From positions 2,053-66,052 of IMG/VR virus record IMGVR_UViG_3300021090_000017: a DNA stretch of 64,000 bases; one strand, given 5' to 3'. The notes under the pieces were generated by a model, which saw only the letters and a program-made list of their open reading frames with translations, ran no database searches and was not told the origin of the DNA. This stretch comes from a virus. Its lineage: Duplodnaviria; Caudoviricetes. The position numbers and the translations under genes were made by a program. The stretch's first letter is position 1. Every line of letters begins with the position of its first letter. Positions 19,719-28,362 of this stretch are shown piece by piece.

Positions 19719-20235
19719 ATTGTATTTTAATCATTTTAAAATGATCTGAAAGATATCTCTGTAATGATTTATCTATACCTTTCGGATCTTTTTTTGTCGA
19801 TTTAATTTTTTCTTTCTTAGGATCATCAATACCAAATGAACTATATATTTTATTTGAATCATCTGACTTCTCTATTATATCACATAATAAAGAAATATCA
19901 TCATTTTTTAAAAATGAAATTCTACTTCTTAATTTATCATATAGTTTAGTCTTCCTCTTTGGGTATGATATATAATGTAAAGTATTCTTTTGAATTTTAA
20001 AGTCTAAAACACACTTTTTAATAAATTGAAATAACTCTTCTTTTTCGATATATCTTAGACCAATATTATTCATATAAGTATCTAGATAATGATTTAATTT
20101 ACCATTCTTTACAAATATACCAATAAGATATGTAGCAGTAATTGGAGAATTATATTTTAATAAAACTTCTCTATCTGGTATTGGAGACTTTATATCTCCA
20201 TCAAATAACCATTTTGAAAATGTCTTATATGGCAT
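19717..20235 (-). CDS. Hypothetical protein, possibly gp62-like clamp-loader small subunit
   Basis: Size, helical pattern and proximity to polymerase only. Confidence 0.35.
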   Translation of the reverse strand: MPYKTFSKWLFDGDIKSPIPDREVLLKYNSPITATYLIGIFVKNGKLNHYLDTYMNNIGLRYIEKEELFQFIKKCVLDFKIQKNTLHYISYPKRKTKLYDKLRSRISFLKNDDISLLCDIIEKSDDSNKIYSSFGIDDPKKEKIKSTKKDPKGIDKSLQRYLSDHFKMIKIQ

Positions 20236-21166
20236 TCATTTCTCCTATTATCTTTCTATAAAAGTTATCAATAATATATTGATTTATTAAAGTAGGAACT
20301 ATCATTTTATTATCTAATACATTCTTTACTTTTTCTATCGCTTCTTCATTATTACTATACAAAAAATCATCTGGCAATAATTCTGGATATGAAAAACTTC
20401 TTGGTGCAATAGGAATACATCCATTATAAACTGCATCTAAAACTTGATACCCAAAGGTTTCAGCTGAACTGCTTATAAATAAGCATTTAGATTTAGATAA
20501 AAATTTATAATATTGTTCCCAACTATTAAATGAGTTTCTAACTATTTTAGTATTAAAGTGAGATTCAATTATCTCTTCTAACTCTAAATTTACTTTTTGT
20601 TTAGTTGGTCTTGATACATTAACTATATCATATTCTTTAGGTTCATTATAATTAGAATAGGTATGTTTAGGCAAACCAGTTACTACTGTATTTCGTTCCC
20701 AGTCCCAACCTAAAAATTCTTTGTGATATTTAGTTGCTACAAATACTTTATTAAATAAAATTGAATTTCCAGTTTCTACTTTCCATTTAGATCTTTCATT
20801 TTCAGAAAAATAGTCATAAGCATTTTTTGAAGTAGCATGACAAATAGCATAACAATGTTTAGGTTTCTTATGATATAATACATTACTAAATAAACCTGGA
20901 AAACTAATGTCATTTAAAAGGAGAATATCATCATGTCTTAACTCCATACTATTATATTTCCATATTTGATAATTTTCAAAATTAATAGATTCTTTAATAG
21001 GTGAGAACATTTCTTCTTTAGATTTACTTATTATATTATCTGGGTAATCATCTCCTAAAACCTCTACCTCAAATACACTTGATAGTTGAGAAATAAATTC
21101 ATGATACCACCATTCTTGATATCTCATTGGAGTTGGGTATTGTGGTACTAATATAAGTCTTCTCAT
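20225..21166 (-). CDS. Glycosyltransferase (GT-B, GT4-like)
   Basis: MRYQEWW, SSAETFGYQVLDA, PIAPRSFSYPEL. Confidence 0.75.
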   Translation of the reverse strand: MRRLILVPQYPTPMRYQEWWYHEFISQLSSVFEVEVLGDDYPDNIISKSKEEMFSPIKESINFENYQIWKYNSMELRHDDILLLNDISFPGLFSNVLYHKKPKHCYAICHATSKNAYDYFSENERSKWKVETGNSILFNKVFVATKYHKEFLGWDWERNTVVTGLPKHTYSNYNEPKEYDIVNVSRPTKQKVNLELEEIIESHFNTKIVRNSFNSWEQYYKFLSKSKCLFISSSAETFGYQVLDAVYNGCIPIAPRSFSYPELLPDDFLYSNNEEAIEKVKNVLDNKMIVPTLINQYIIDNFYRKIIGEMNAI

Positions 21167-21175
21167 TTTATCTCC

Positions 21176-21412
21176 TTAACACCCACATTGTCTTTCATCT
21201 TTTTCTTTTTTATCTAACCCTTTTAAGTAATATGGTTCACATACCATTATATGATAATTAATAATACTTACAAAAAAATGTTTTTTACAATATTTACATT
21301 GAACACAACCGCATTTACAATCTTTAATTTCAGATCCATATTCATGACATTTACATAAACATTGAGCAGGTAGACCATACATAGTTAATTTCCTATTCCT
21401 TTTTTCTTCCAA
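21176..21412 (-). CDS. Cys-rich hypothetical protein
   Basis: CLCKCH, CKCGC, CKYC. Confidence 0.45.
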   Translation of the reverse strand: MEEKRNRKLTMYGLPAQCLCKCHEYGSEIKDCKCGCVQCKYCKKHFFVSIINYHIMVCEPYYLKGLDKKEKDERQCGC

Positions 21413-21621
21413 CTATAATTTCCATACCAATTTATTCCTATTAAAACTACAGCTTGTAATAACAAAAAATAATGCTTTTTATCAATAGCAAAAAGTATCC
21501 AAAACAATTGAGACCATGTTGCTATTCCATAACCAATTCTTTTAGGTATTGAAAGAAAAGCAACAGCTACAAAAGTTAAAATTGTAGCTGTTGCTTCATA
21601 ACCATTTACTTGAATATCCAT
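21385..21621 (-). CDS. Small membrane protein (PnuC-like fragment)
   Basis: Three hydrophobic segments, ..INWYGNYSWKK end. Confidence 0.5.
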   Translation of the reverse strand: MDIQVNGYEATATILTFVAVAFLSIPKRIGYGIATWSQLFWILFAIDKKHYFLLLQAVVLIGINWYGNYSWKKKGIGN

Positions 21622-22079
21622 TTATTGTATCCTTCAAACAATACATATTTCTTTTCCCATTCCCAAAGTGATTTCTGGGATGGATATACTTTATCTAATA
21701 ATTCATTTTTACCACCTGGGTTCATTACTTCATGAATATAAGGTGCATTCATATTAGTTGTATAAAATATTATATTCATTCCTTTTCTTGCCATTGATTC
21801 CCCTATAGCCCCCATCGCTCTATGATCAGGATGAGATTCATATGTATGGTCAGGAAAATAAAATATAGATTCTGGGCTTAGTATATGGGAAGGAATACTT
21901 TTCAAAAAGAATTGAGCTTTAAGTTCTACATGATTCTTTAATGATAATGCTTCCTCTTGTCTTATCCTAGGTACATCAGATGTATAAACAATAATAGGTT
22001 TTTTGGTTATCAATATTTCATAACAACCAATTATTTCATCATCTGGGTGCGGAGCAATTATTATATGTTGTTCAGACAT
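21606..22079 (-). CDS. PIG-L family deacetylase
   Basis: IAPHPDDEIIGC, RQEEA, HPDH, YPSQ. Confidence 0.85.
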   Translation of the reverse strand: MSEQHIIIAPHPDDEIIGCYEILITKKPIIVYTSDVPRIRQEEALSLKNHVELKAQFFLKSIPSHILSPESIFYFPDHTYESHPDHRAMGAIGESMARKGMNIIFYTTNMNAPYIHEVMNPGGKNELLDKVYPSQKSLWEWEKKYVLFEGYNKWIFK

Positions 22080-22846
22080 TAGTTCTCCTTAATAAATTCA
22101 AAAATTTTATTCTTTAAAATTTCTATATTTTTTATTTCATAATCCCAAATAACTAAACATTCATAACCATGTTTATTAAAATAATCTTTTCTTTCATATT
22201 CATGTATATATTCTTCTTTACCAGTTATTTCTTTGCTATGCCAATATTGACCAAATACTTCTACTATTTGTTTTCGATTTTTGTCAATAAAGTCAGGATT
22301 TTTACTTCCTATCCAAAAGGTATAATCACCAGTAAATTCAAATCTATCTGGAAGAATATTTCTAATAAATTTCTCTAAATTATTTATTTCCTTTTTTCTA
22401 TTTGTTTCTAGAGATTTATTATGTTTCTCTATTCTACTTTCTTCTTTCCAACTTTCAATAATATTGTTTCTATGTTTTTCTTTAATATCTGGTTTTTTAA
22501 ATTCTTCTATTTTTCTAATTCTATTTTTTTCTTTATTAATCGGGCATTTATTTATATGATCTGAGCACCAATATGAATTTTTAAATTTATATTTTGCTAA
22601 TTGTTTACATCCATTAGAGCAAAATATATCATTATTATCTTCTAATAAAATTGGTTTAGTTTTCTTAATACCTTTCATATTAGAACTCATTTTTTCTATT
22701 GTTTCTCTACTATGTTTTCTTCCAGTATTAGAATTTTTATTTTTAGATTTTAAAACTGGGCATTGATTTCTTGATTCTTTACAACAATATTTTCCATTTA
22801 AAAATTTAAATTTTGCTTCATTCCCACACCCATATGTACATAGCAT
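22079..22846 (-). CDS. Free-standing homing endonuclease (Cys repeats + NUMOD3 + Vsr/DUF559-like nuclease)
   Basis: CxxGC repeats x2, TGRKHSRETIEKMS, NPDF..IVEVFGQYWH..CLVIW. Confidence 0.75.
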   Translation of the reverse strand: MLCTYGCGNEAKFKFLNGKYCCKESRNQCPVLKSKNKNSNTGRKHSRETIEKMSSNMKGIKKTKPILLEDNNDIFCSNGCKQLAKYKFKNSYWCSDHINKCPINKEKNRIRKIEEFKKPDIKEKHRNNIIESWKEESRIEKHNKSLETNRKKEINNLEKFIRNILPDRFEFTGDYTFWIGSKNPDFIDKNRKQIVEVFGQYWHSKEITGKEEYIHEYERKDYFNKHGYECLVIWDYEIKNIEILKNKIFEFIKEN

Positions 22847-22855
22847 ATTAAAATT

Positions 22856-22897
22856 TCCTTTATATTTAGATTTTATATATGTTCTAAATATAAAGGA
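22856..22897 (-). promoter_or_regulatory. RBS-sequestering hairpin with class II promoter in its loop
   Basis: Perfect 15-bp inverted repeat tcctttatatttaga (22856-22870)/tctaaatataaagga (22883-22897). Confidence 0.75.
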
Positions 22898-22915
22898 GTA
22901 TGGATACTTAATGAA

Positions 22916-23392
22916 TTAGATGTGAGGTAATGTATTTATAATATGATATAACTCCATTTTAGCATCCGAATGATTCATGAAATCACCAAATAAACTACTA
23001 ACAAACATCTTATCAACATAATACAATACAGCCACACCTTCTACAACTCCACGCTTCTTTGAATTGTAATGAGTGCAAATCCTATCAGACATAAAGCCAG
23101 TAAAGTTTCTAATCTTCTGAATATTATTAGTAATCATTCCTGCTGCTTCTGCTTCATCAATAACATCATGAACAACTATATCTAGATCTTCCAAACTCCA
23201 ATCACAAATCAAACCAATATAAAGTGGAAATCCTAGTCTAGTATATTTCCTTACAATGAGTGGTGAATATGATTTATCAATAAGCTTTGTTGCAACTTCT
23301 CCATCTTCCATTCCCATTCTTCCCTCACTAATATTCTTTAGAACTTCTTTCTTATCTGCACTCATTTGTTTCTCCTTTAGTGTAAAGATCAA
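22916..23392 (-). CDS. Hypothetical protein
   Basis: ORF; start probably MSADKK. Confidence 0.55.
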   Translation of the reverse strand: MIFTLKEKQMSADKKEVLKNISEGRMGMEDGEVATKLIDKSYSPLIVRKYTRLGFPLYIGLICDWSLEDLDIVVHDVIDEAEAAGMITNNIQKIRNFTGFMSDRICTHYNSKKRGVVEGVAVLYYVDKMFVSSLFGDFMNHSDAKMELYHIINTLPHI

Positions 23393-23597
23393 TCATCTTG
23401 TTATAAGTTACCTCAATTGTTTTTGCTAAATCATTAGAATTCCATGGTCCATTTCTAGCTTGACTTTTTGCAATATCTGCAGCAAAACTTAAAAAATTAA
23501 ATTTGTATTCATTAGTTATTTCACTCATTCGATTCTCCTTAAAATTAAAAATAGATTTATAATATGTTCTTATATTACTTTTTAGGTTCCAAATCAT
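23352..23597 (-). CDS. Hypothetical protein
   Basis: ORF; start probably MSEITNE behind AGGAG and class II motif. Confidence 0.5.
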   Translation of the reverse strand: MIWNLKSNIRTYYKSIFNFKENRMSEITNEYKFNFLSFAADIAKSQARNGPWNSNDLAKTIEVTYNKMIDLYTKGETNECR

Positions 23598-24423
23598 TTA
23601 TTATGATACTATTTATACATTCTTCTATTGATTCAAATCCAAATGATATATGACTAACAACCCATGGATCATTCATAACTTTATCATTATTAGATATTAA
23701 ATACACAGGAATCTTATTTTCATAAGCATATATAATCTCACATATTGTGCCGGCTGTATATTGCTGAACATATGCTACTACTACATCACATTTCTTTATT
23801 AACTCTTTATCATCATGTACTAATTTAATATGTTGTGAAAAATCTTTACAATTATCTAAATCAATATTTAAATCAACTTCTTCCATTGGATCTCTAATTA
23901 TAATTCTATTATCATCTTTTACTAAATGTTTAAACTTCCTTCTATATTGAGTTGCTGATGTAGTACCGGCTAGATAGATTTGAATTTTATCTTTCTTTGT
24001 ATTATCTATCTCTTTAATATTAACTCCAGGATGCTCTTTTGACATAAATGTTTTATCTTCATGTAACATAACTGGTTTATTTTTAGCCACAAAATTTGTT
24101 CCAGTTAAAATTCTATCATCGAGTTCATTATGAGTATCACAATAATTTAGAAGTGTAAAACACCCCCAAGCAGCATGGGCTAAGTGATTCTTCCCACTCT
24201 CTGGATCATTATTTTCTCCTTCCCAAAATGAATTTAAATGCCTTTGTAAAGCTCCATAAATTCTACTCCATTTAATTCCTTTTCTCCAGTTATGATCTTC
24301 ATACTTCTTAGCGCCGAATGTATAAATCTCAACTAACTGTCTTAATGAATCTGCAGGAACTAAATCATATCTTAGCTTATCCTGGTCAAATTTAACTCCC
24401 TCTTTCAATTTTTCTTCAGCCAT
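23575..24423 (-). CDS. dATP/dGTP diphosphohydrolase-like (DUF5664) fused to nucleoside 2-deoxyribosyltransferase-like domain
   Basis: GVKFDQDKLRYDL, GAKKY..NWRKG, DPESG..HLAHAA; C-terminal IYLAG, CDVVVA, GTICE. Confidence 0.75.
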   Translation of the reverse strand: MAEEKLKEGVKFDQDKLRYDLVPADSLRQLVEIYTFGAKKYEDHNWRKGIKWSRIYGALQRHLNSFWEGENNDPESGKNHLAHAAWGCFTLLNYCDTHNELDDRILTGTNFVAKNKPVMLHEDKTFMSKEHPGVNIKEIDNTKKDKIQIYLAGTTSATQYRRKFKHLVKDDNRIIIRDPMEEVDLNIDLDNCKDFSQHIKLVHDDKELIKKCDVVVAYVQQYTAGTICEIIYAYENKIPVYLISNNDKVMNDPWVVSHISFGFESIEECINSIIINDLEPKK

Positions 24424-24737
24424 TTCACAATATCCTCCTTGTATTCAATTACATCTTCACATGGTTTTTCAAATCCTAACATCTTTGCTATTCTCTCTAC
24501 TGACTCTTTTGATATTGCTGTTGCTAAATAATTATCAGGTATTATAGTTACTGGCATATATGGAGCATATATCAATCCACTTTGCATTCTCTTGCCAGTA
24601 ATTTTTTCAGTCCAAGTTAATTTACCTGTATTAAGACATCTACTACAAAACCATTTAGTTGTCTTTACTCCATTTTCAAATTCTTTTAAACCACCACATT
24701 CATCACAAAGAATTTCACCTTCTTCTAGTTCCATCAT
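24405..24737 (-). CDS. Zn-finger protein with major-capsid motif
   Basis: EGEILCDECGG..CSRCLNTGKLTW then SGLIYAPYMPV (gp23 DAGIYYAPYV motif). Confidence 0.7.
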   Translation of the reverse strand: MMELEEGEILCDECGGLKEFENGVKTTKWFCSRCLNTGKLTWTEKITGKRMQSGLIYAPYMPVTIIPDNYLATAISKESVERIAKMLGFEKPCEDVIEYKEDIVKWLKKN

Positions 24738-24742
24738 ATCAT

Positions 24743-24979
24743 TTAAAACATGCTAAAAGGATTATGCTTATAAGTCGTTGTAGTTCCTGCCCATTCAGCT
24801 TTAATTGGTCTCTTCCCTGTAATAGATTCAACCCAATCAAGCTTTTTAAAACCTAAACATTTAGGACAAGTAGATTCATATCCAGTACGGAAATCTACTA
24901 TATAACCAAAACCTTCACACTTACTACAATTAAATAATTCTTCATTTACTATCTTTATATCAGGAGAACCTTCAACCAT
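24743..24979 (-). CDS. Zn-finger protein, same family, no recognisable cargo
   Basis: CSKCEGFG..CPKCLGFKKLDWVESITG. Confidence 0.7.
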   Translation of the reverse strand: MVEGSPDIKIVNEELFNCSKCEGFGYIVDFRTGYESTCPKCLGFKKLDWVESITGKRPIKAEWAGTTTTYKHNPFSMF

Positions 24980-25307
24980 TTAATTCATCTTCCTTATTTT
25001 CAAATTTTGGTTTCATAAAATTAGCTACACTATATGGTTTATCCATAGGTTGAACAGATACTATTTGATTTGCAACTAAATTAGGAAACATTACTCTAGT
25101 TAATGGTAATGTAAAATTCGCAAATTTATTTTTAGATACACCACATATAACTTCAGTCCAAGTTAATTTTTTTTCACCCATACAATGAGTGCAAAAATTC
25201 CAAATCTTCATTACCTCATTATTATCTAATAACCCAGTACCTTTACAAACTGGGCATATTATTTCACCTTCTTGTAATACATGTTTATCTTTAATATTAT
25301 AATTCAT
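24972..25307 (-). CDS. Zn-finger protein with major-capsid N-terminal motif
   Basis: EGEIICPVCKGTG..CTHCMGEKKLTW then LPLTRVMFPNLVANQIVSVQPMDKP (gp23 VRRAIPNLIAFDICGVQPMNSP). Confidence 0.78.
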   Translation of the reverse strand: MNYNIKDKHVLQEGEIICPVCKGTGLLDNNEVMKIWNFCTHCMGEKKLTWTEVICGVSKNKFANFTLPLTRVMFPNLVANQIVSVQPMDKPYSVANFMKPKFENKEDELNG

Positions 25308-25818
25308 ATTTTCTTACTTTAATACCACTCTCTTTTACAAGATATTCAGTTTGACAATCATAGTATGTTAAGTCAGTACATACAACTTCAATTATTCCTG
25401 CGTTAATAATTTCAATCATACAATCTTTACAACAAACTACTGTATCCAAATATAATGTTGCTCCTTTAATTGATATCCCATGCCTTGCTGCATTTACAAG
25501 TGCATTTCGCTCTGCATGCCCAGCAATACATATATCTAATCCTTGTCCTGATTTATATCCTAATATATATCTAGGACATTTACTAAAATCTATATCTCCA
25601 TGTGTAACACCTCTCATTATTTCATCCCATTTTTTCATTAAATATTTATCTTTAGCCCATCTTTCATCACAAGGAGGAACTCCACGTGGCGGGCCATTAT
25701 ATCCGGTTGAAATAATAGATTTATCTAAAACAATAATTGAACCTATTTTTCTACTTAAACATTTGCTATTGGTTGATACAGTTTTACACAGATCCAAATA
25801 ATATTTATCCCAGTTCAT
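25297..25818 (-). CDS. dCMP deaminase
   Basis: SKCLSRKIG, TGYNGPP, HAERNA, CCKDC. Confidence 0.88.
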   Translation of the reverse strand: MNWDKYYLDLCKTVSTNSKCLSRKIGSIIVLDKSIISTGYNGPPRGVPPCDERWAKDKYLMKKWDEIMRGVTHGDIDFSKCPRYILGYKSGQGLDICIAGHAERNALVNAARHGISIKGATLYLDTVVCCKDCMIEIINAGIIEVVCTDLTYYDCQTEYLVKESGIKVRKYEL

Positions 25819-25827
25819 TTTATTCTC

Positions 25828-26016
25828 CTAACATGTTCCAATTTGACCAGAATCATAAATGTTAATATGGTCTTCTTCATCTAGTATTAGATTGTATTCA
25901 TGCCCGCCAACTTCAGTATCTATCTTAACCTTATAAACTTTATGGTGATCCATTAATTGTATTAGCAATTCAGTAAATAAAGCATTTGCTAATGCATCTT
26001 CCATTGATTCATCCAT
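25828..26016 (-). CDS. Hypothetical protein
   Basis: ORF coupled to queC. Confidence 0.45.
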   Translation of the reverse strand: MDESMEDALANALFTELLIQLMDHHKVYKVKIDTEVGGHEYNLILDEEDHINIYDSGQIGTC

Positions 26017-26579
26017 TATTTAAATTCTCCGTATCCAGAATATATTTCATCTTTTTTAATCTTATAATCTTTCTCTAATAATTGATATATGAGATCTTTC
26101 TGCATACCTAGTAATGGAGCATAAACTTTTATTGGTTTAACTCCAGCTATTTCTAAAACCTTATTCATTCTACCAATATATTCTTGATAGCAATCTGGAA
26201 ATAAATGTTCATAATCTTCCCAATTAGCTCCAAACCAAATCTCTTGAATATTCATTGATTCTGCAATACCATAAGCTAGAGAAATGAATATTGAATTTCT
26301 TCCTGGTACATTATGAATGTCAACTCCTTCATACATACCTTTTTCTCCAGATCCAGTTAATGCACTATTAACACTAAAACCAGAAATTTTTATAGTCATA
26401 TTTTCAATCTTATTTTCATCCAAATATTTTTTCGCAACATCTAATTCCTTTATATGTAACTGACCATAATTAATCATTAATGCTATAGGATTTCTGCCAG
26501 CTCTTTGTGCCATTTTCAATAGTATAGTAGAATCAGCTCCACCAGAATATAGAATTACTAGATCTTTTTTGGTATTCAT
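26016..26579 (-). CDS. queC: 7-cyano-7-deazaguanine synthase (short, lacks C-terminal Cys cluster)
   Basis: LYSGGADST, NYGQLH..EL, SALT, VPGRN, FPDC, APL. Confidence 0.82.
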   Translation of the reverse strand: MNTKKDLVILYSGGADSTILLKMAQRAGRNPIALMINYGQLHIKELDVAKKYLDENKIENMTIKISGFSVNSALTGSGEKGMYEGVDIHNVPGRNSIFISLAYGIAESMNIQEIWFGANWEDYEHLFPDCYQEYIGRMNKVLEIAGVKPIKVYAPLLGMQKDLIYQLLEKDYKIKKDEIYSGYGEFK

Positions 26580-26724
26580 AAAACTCTCCTTTAGGTTTAA
26601 ATTTATAATATGTTCCTAAAAATAAATTTAGATTCCTACTTTTTGGGATTAAAAAGATTACTATATATATTATTTAATAAGAAGGATAGAATTTATTTTA
26701 TTTTTATAGAAAGGGAAAACCAAT

Positions 26725-26895
26725 GTGAGAAAAGGTAGTAGAAGTGAATCAGAAGAACTTCAAGATTTTACACTTTATTGTTTAGGAATAGGACTAATAT
26801 CATTATTCGTAGCATCATTTGGAATCGTATTGCCAAAGCAAAAAACTATAATTAAAACAGTAAAAATTGTAACTGATAATATGCCAGATCTATAA
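26725..26895 (+). CDS. Small membrane protein (56 aa)
   Basis: Manual translation from GTG; one hydrophobic helix; class I motif upstream, terminator downstream. Confidence 0.5.
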   Translation: MRKGSRSESEELQDFTLYCLGIGLISLFVASFGIVLPKQKTIIKTVKIVTDNMPDL

Positions 26896-26902
26896 AAATG
26901 TT

Positions 26903-26940
26903 AAAACACTCAGGGATATTTTTTATCCCTGAGTGTTTTT
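26903..26940. terminator. Bidirectional terminator
   Basis: aaaacactcagggata-ttttt-tatccctgagtgtttt between convergent genes. Confidence 0.8.
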
Positions 26941-27627
26941 TATTGTAAATCTTTCCGGCCTAAATCTAAATAAATCATTAATGTTAACTTCCATACAAGG
27001 AATCCCTATAGTTGATAAACTATATAATGATATGAATCCACCATTTATTTTATTGCTAGATAAATCTAAATTAGGTATTCCTTTTCTTCTTTTAGATTCT
27101 AAGGTATAATTTCTAAGTAGATTAGATTCAATTAGTTTGGATCTTAATAATATTCTAATATTATCTATATCCATTTTTCTTCTTAAATTACATATAATAT
27201 GAAAGCTAGTTTTTCCTGTAAATCTAATTGATGCTGATTCTATAAAATCAATTTTACCTTTTTTAATAAAATAATAAACATCATGAGCAGCATCCTTAGC
27301 TAAATCTAAATTGTCTACATCTATATCTATAATACCAAAATCTTCAGATCTATTCATTACCCCATGAACTGATAAAGTTCTTCCAGTCATTACTTCTTCA
27401 AAATTAGATGTATTAATAAAAAATAATCTTTTGTCTTTTCCTTTTCTTCTTATAACTGTATGATTTAAATCAGTTGCAATATCAAAGAATACAGTTCTAT
27501 TATTAAGATATCTTATTAATTTATATTTAACTTTTTGATAGTAATTCCAAACATCTAATTCGTTCAACCCATCTGGATAAAATATATTTTTAACTATTAT
27601 AGTATTTGGATTTTTAGGATATGACAT
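26923..27627 (-). CDS. Archaeo-eukaryotic primase/LigD polymerase-domain-like protein
   Basis: DVWNYY, IIDID, FTGKTSFHI, LYSL. Confidence 0.65.
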   Translation of the reverse strand: MSYPKNPNTIIVKNIFYPDGLNELDVWNYYQKVKYKLIRYLNNRTVFFDIATDLNHTVIRRKGKDKRLFFINTSNFEEVMTGRTLSVHGVMNRSEDFGIIDIDVDNLDLAKDAAHDVYYFIKKGKIDFIESASIRFTGKTSFHIICNLRRKMDIDNIRILLRSKLIESNLLRNYTLESKRRKGIPNLDLSSNKINGGFISLYSLSTIGIPCMEVNINDLFRFRPERFTIKNTQG

Positions 27628-27629
27628 AT

Positions 27630-27845
27630 TTATTTGGATACATTTTTATATAGATTTAACTCCCTATTTATTTTATCAACTTCTTCTTGTAATTTATTAA
27701 TTTCTGAAACAAAACCATTATATAAAAATAAAATATCATTAATTGGCATATCACCAGAATTAGCTGGGTTTCTTAATTTAAATTCATTTATTGAATATCT
27801 AATTGCATCTATTCTTTTTTTATTTACTGATAAAAATGTATTCAT
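27630..27845 (-). CDS. Hypothetical coiled-coil protein
   Basis: ORF with GGAGG RBS. Confidence 0.5.
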   Translation of the reverse strand: MNTFLSVNKKRIDAIRYSINEFKLRNPANSGDMPINDILFLYNGFVSEINKLQEEVDKINRELNLYKNVSK

Positions 27846-27858
27846 TTTATTCCTCCGA

Positions 27859-28362
27859 TTAAGTTTTCATATCTACTATTAAAAAGCTATATCCATGTTC
27901 TATTATATTTATTGTTTTACTTTTATTTATATTTCTAAGTATTTTATTAATATAGTCTGATGACATATCTAAAATTTTATGATGCTCGTTTGACCTTTCT
28001 CCTATTTTATTACAATGGTCTCGATATCTTTTTTCATTTGGCAAATATAATATTAAATATCCTCCTGGTTTAATAACTCTAATCCATTCTATTAATATTT
28101 CTTCAGTATTTTCAAAATCTTCTAATAAATGTGAACTATAAATAAAATCTATAGTATTATCATTAAACCAATTTAATTTTCTAGCATCTCCATATATATG
28201 TTGAATGTTATTTCCTACATTAGTATATTTCTTATTTAGATCTATATTAATAGCCCATGGAACTATTGAATCACCACCAAAACCTAAATCTAATCCGATA
28301 GTTTCAGGTTTTAAAAATTTAACAACATTGTATCTAATTTTTGAAGTTTCACTTATTTGCAT
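27859..28362 (-). CDS. SAM-dependent methyltransferase
   Basis: GLDLGFGG, YSSHLLED, EWIRVIKPGG. Confidence 0.8.
   Translation of the reverse strand: MQISETSKIRYNVVKFLKPETIGLDLGFGGDSIVPWAINIDLNKKYTNVGNNIQHIYGDARKLNWFNDNTIDFIYSSHLLEDFENTEEILIEWIRVIKPGGYLILYLPNEKRYRDHCNKIGERSNEHHKILDMSSDYINKILRNINKSKTINIIEHGYSFLIVDMKT

Noticed and set aside
22079-22915. Group I intron around the endonuclease
   Set aside because: Flanking genes look complete and intergenic space is too short for a ribozyme core
23575-24423. Z-genome (2-aminoadenine) pathway
   Set aside because: No PurZ-like gene in the window; DUF5664 alone is insufficient
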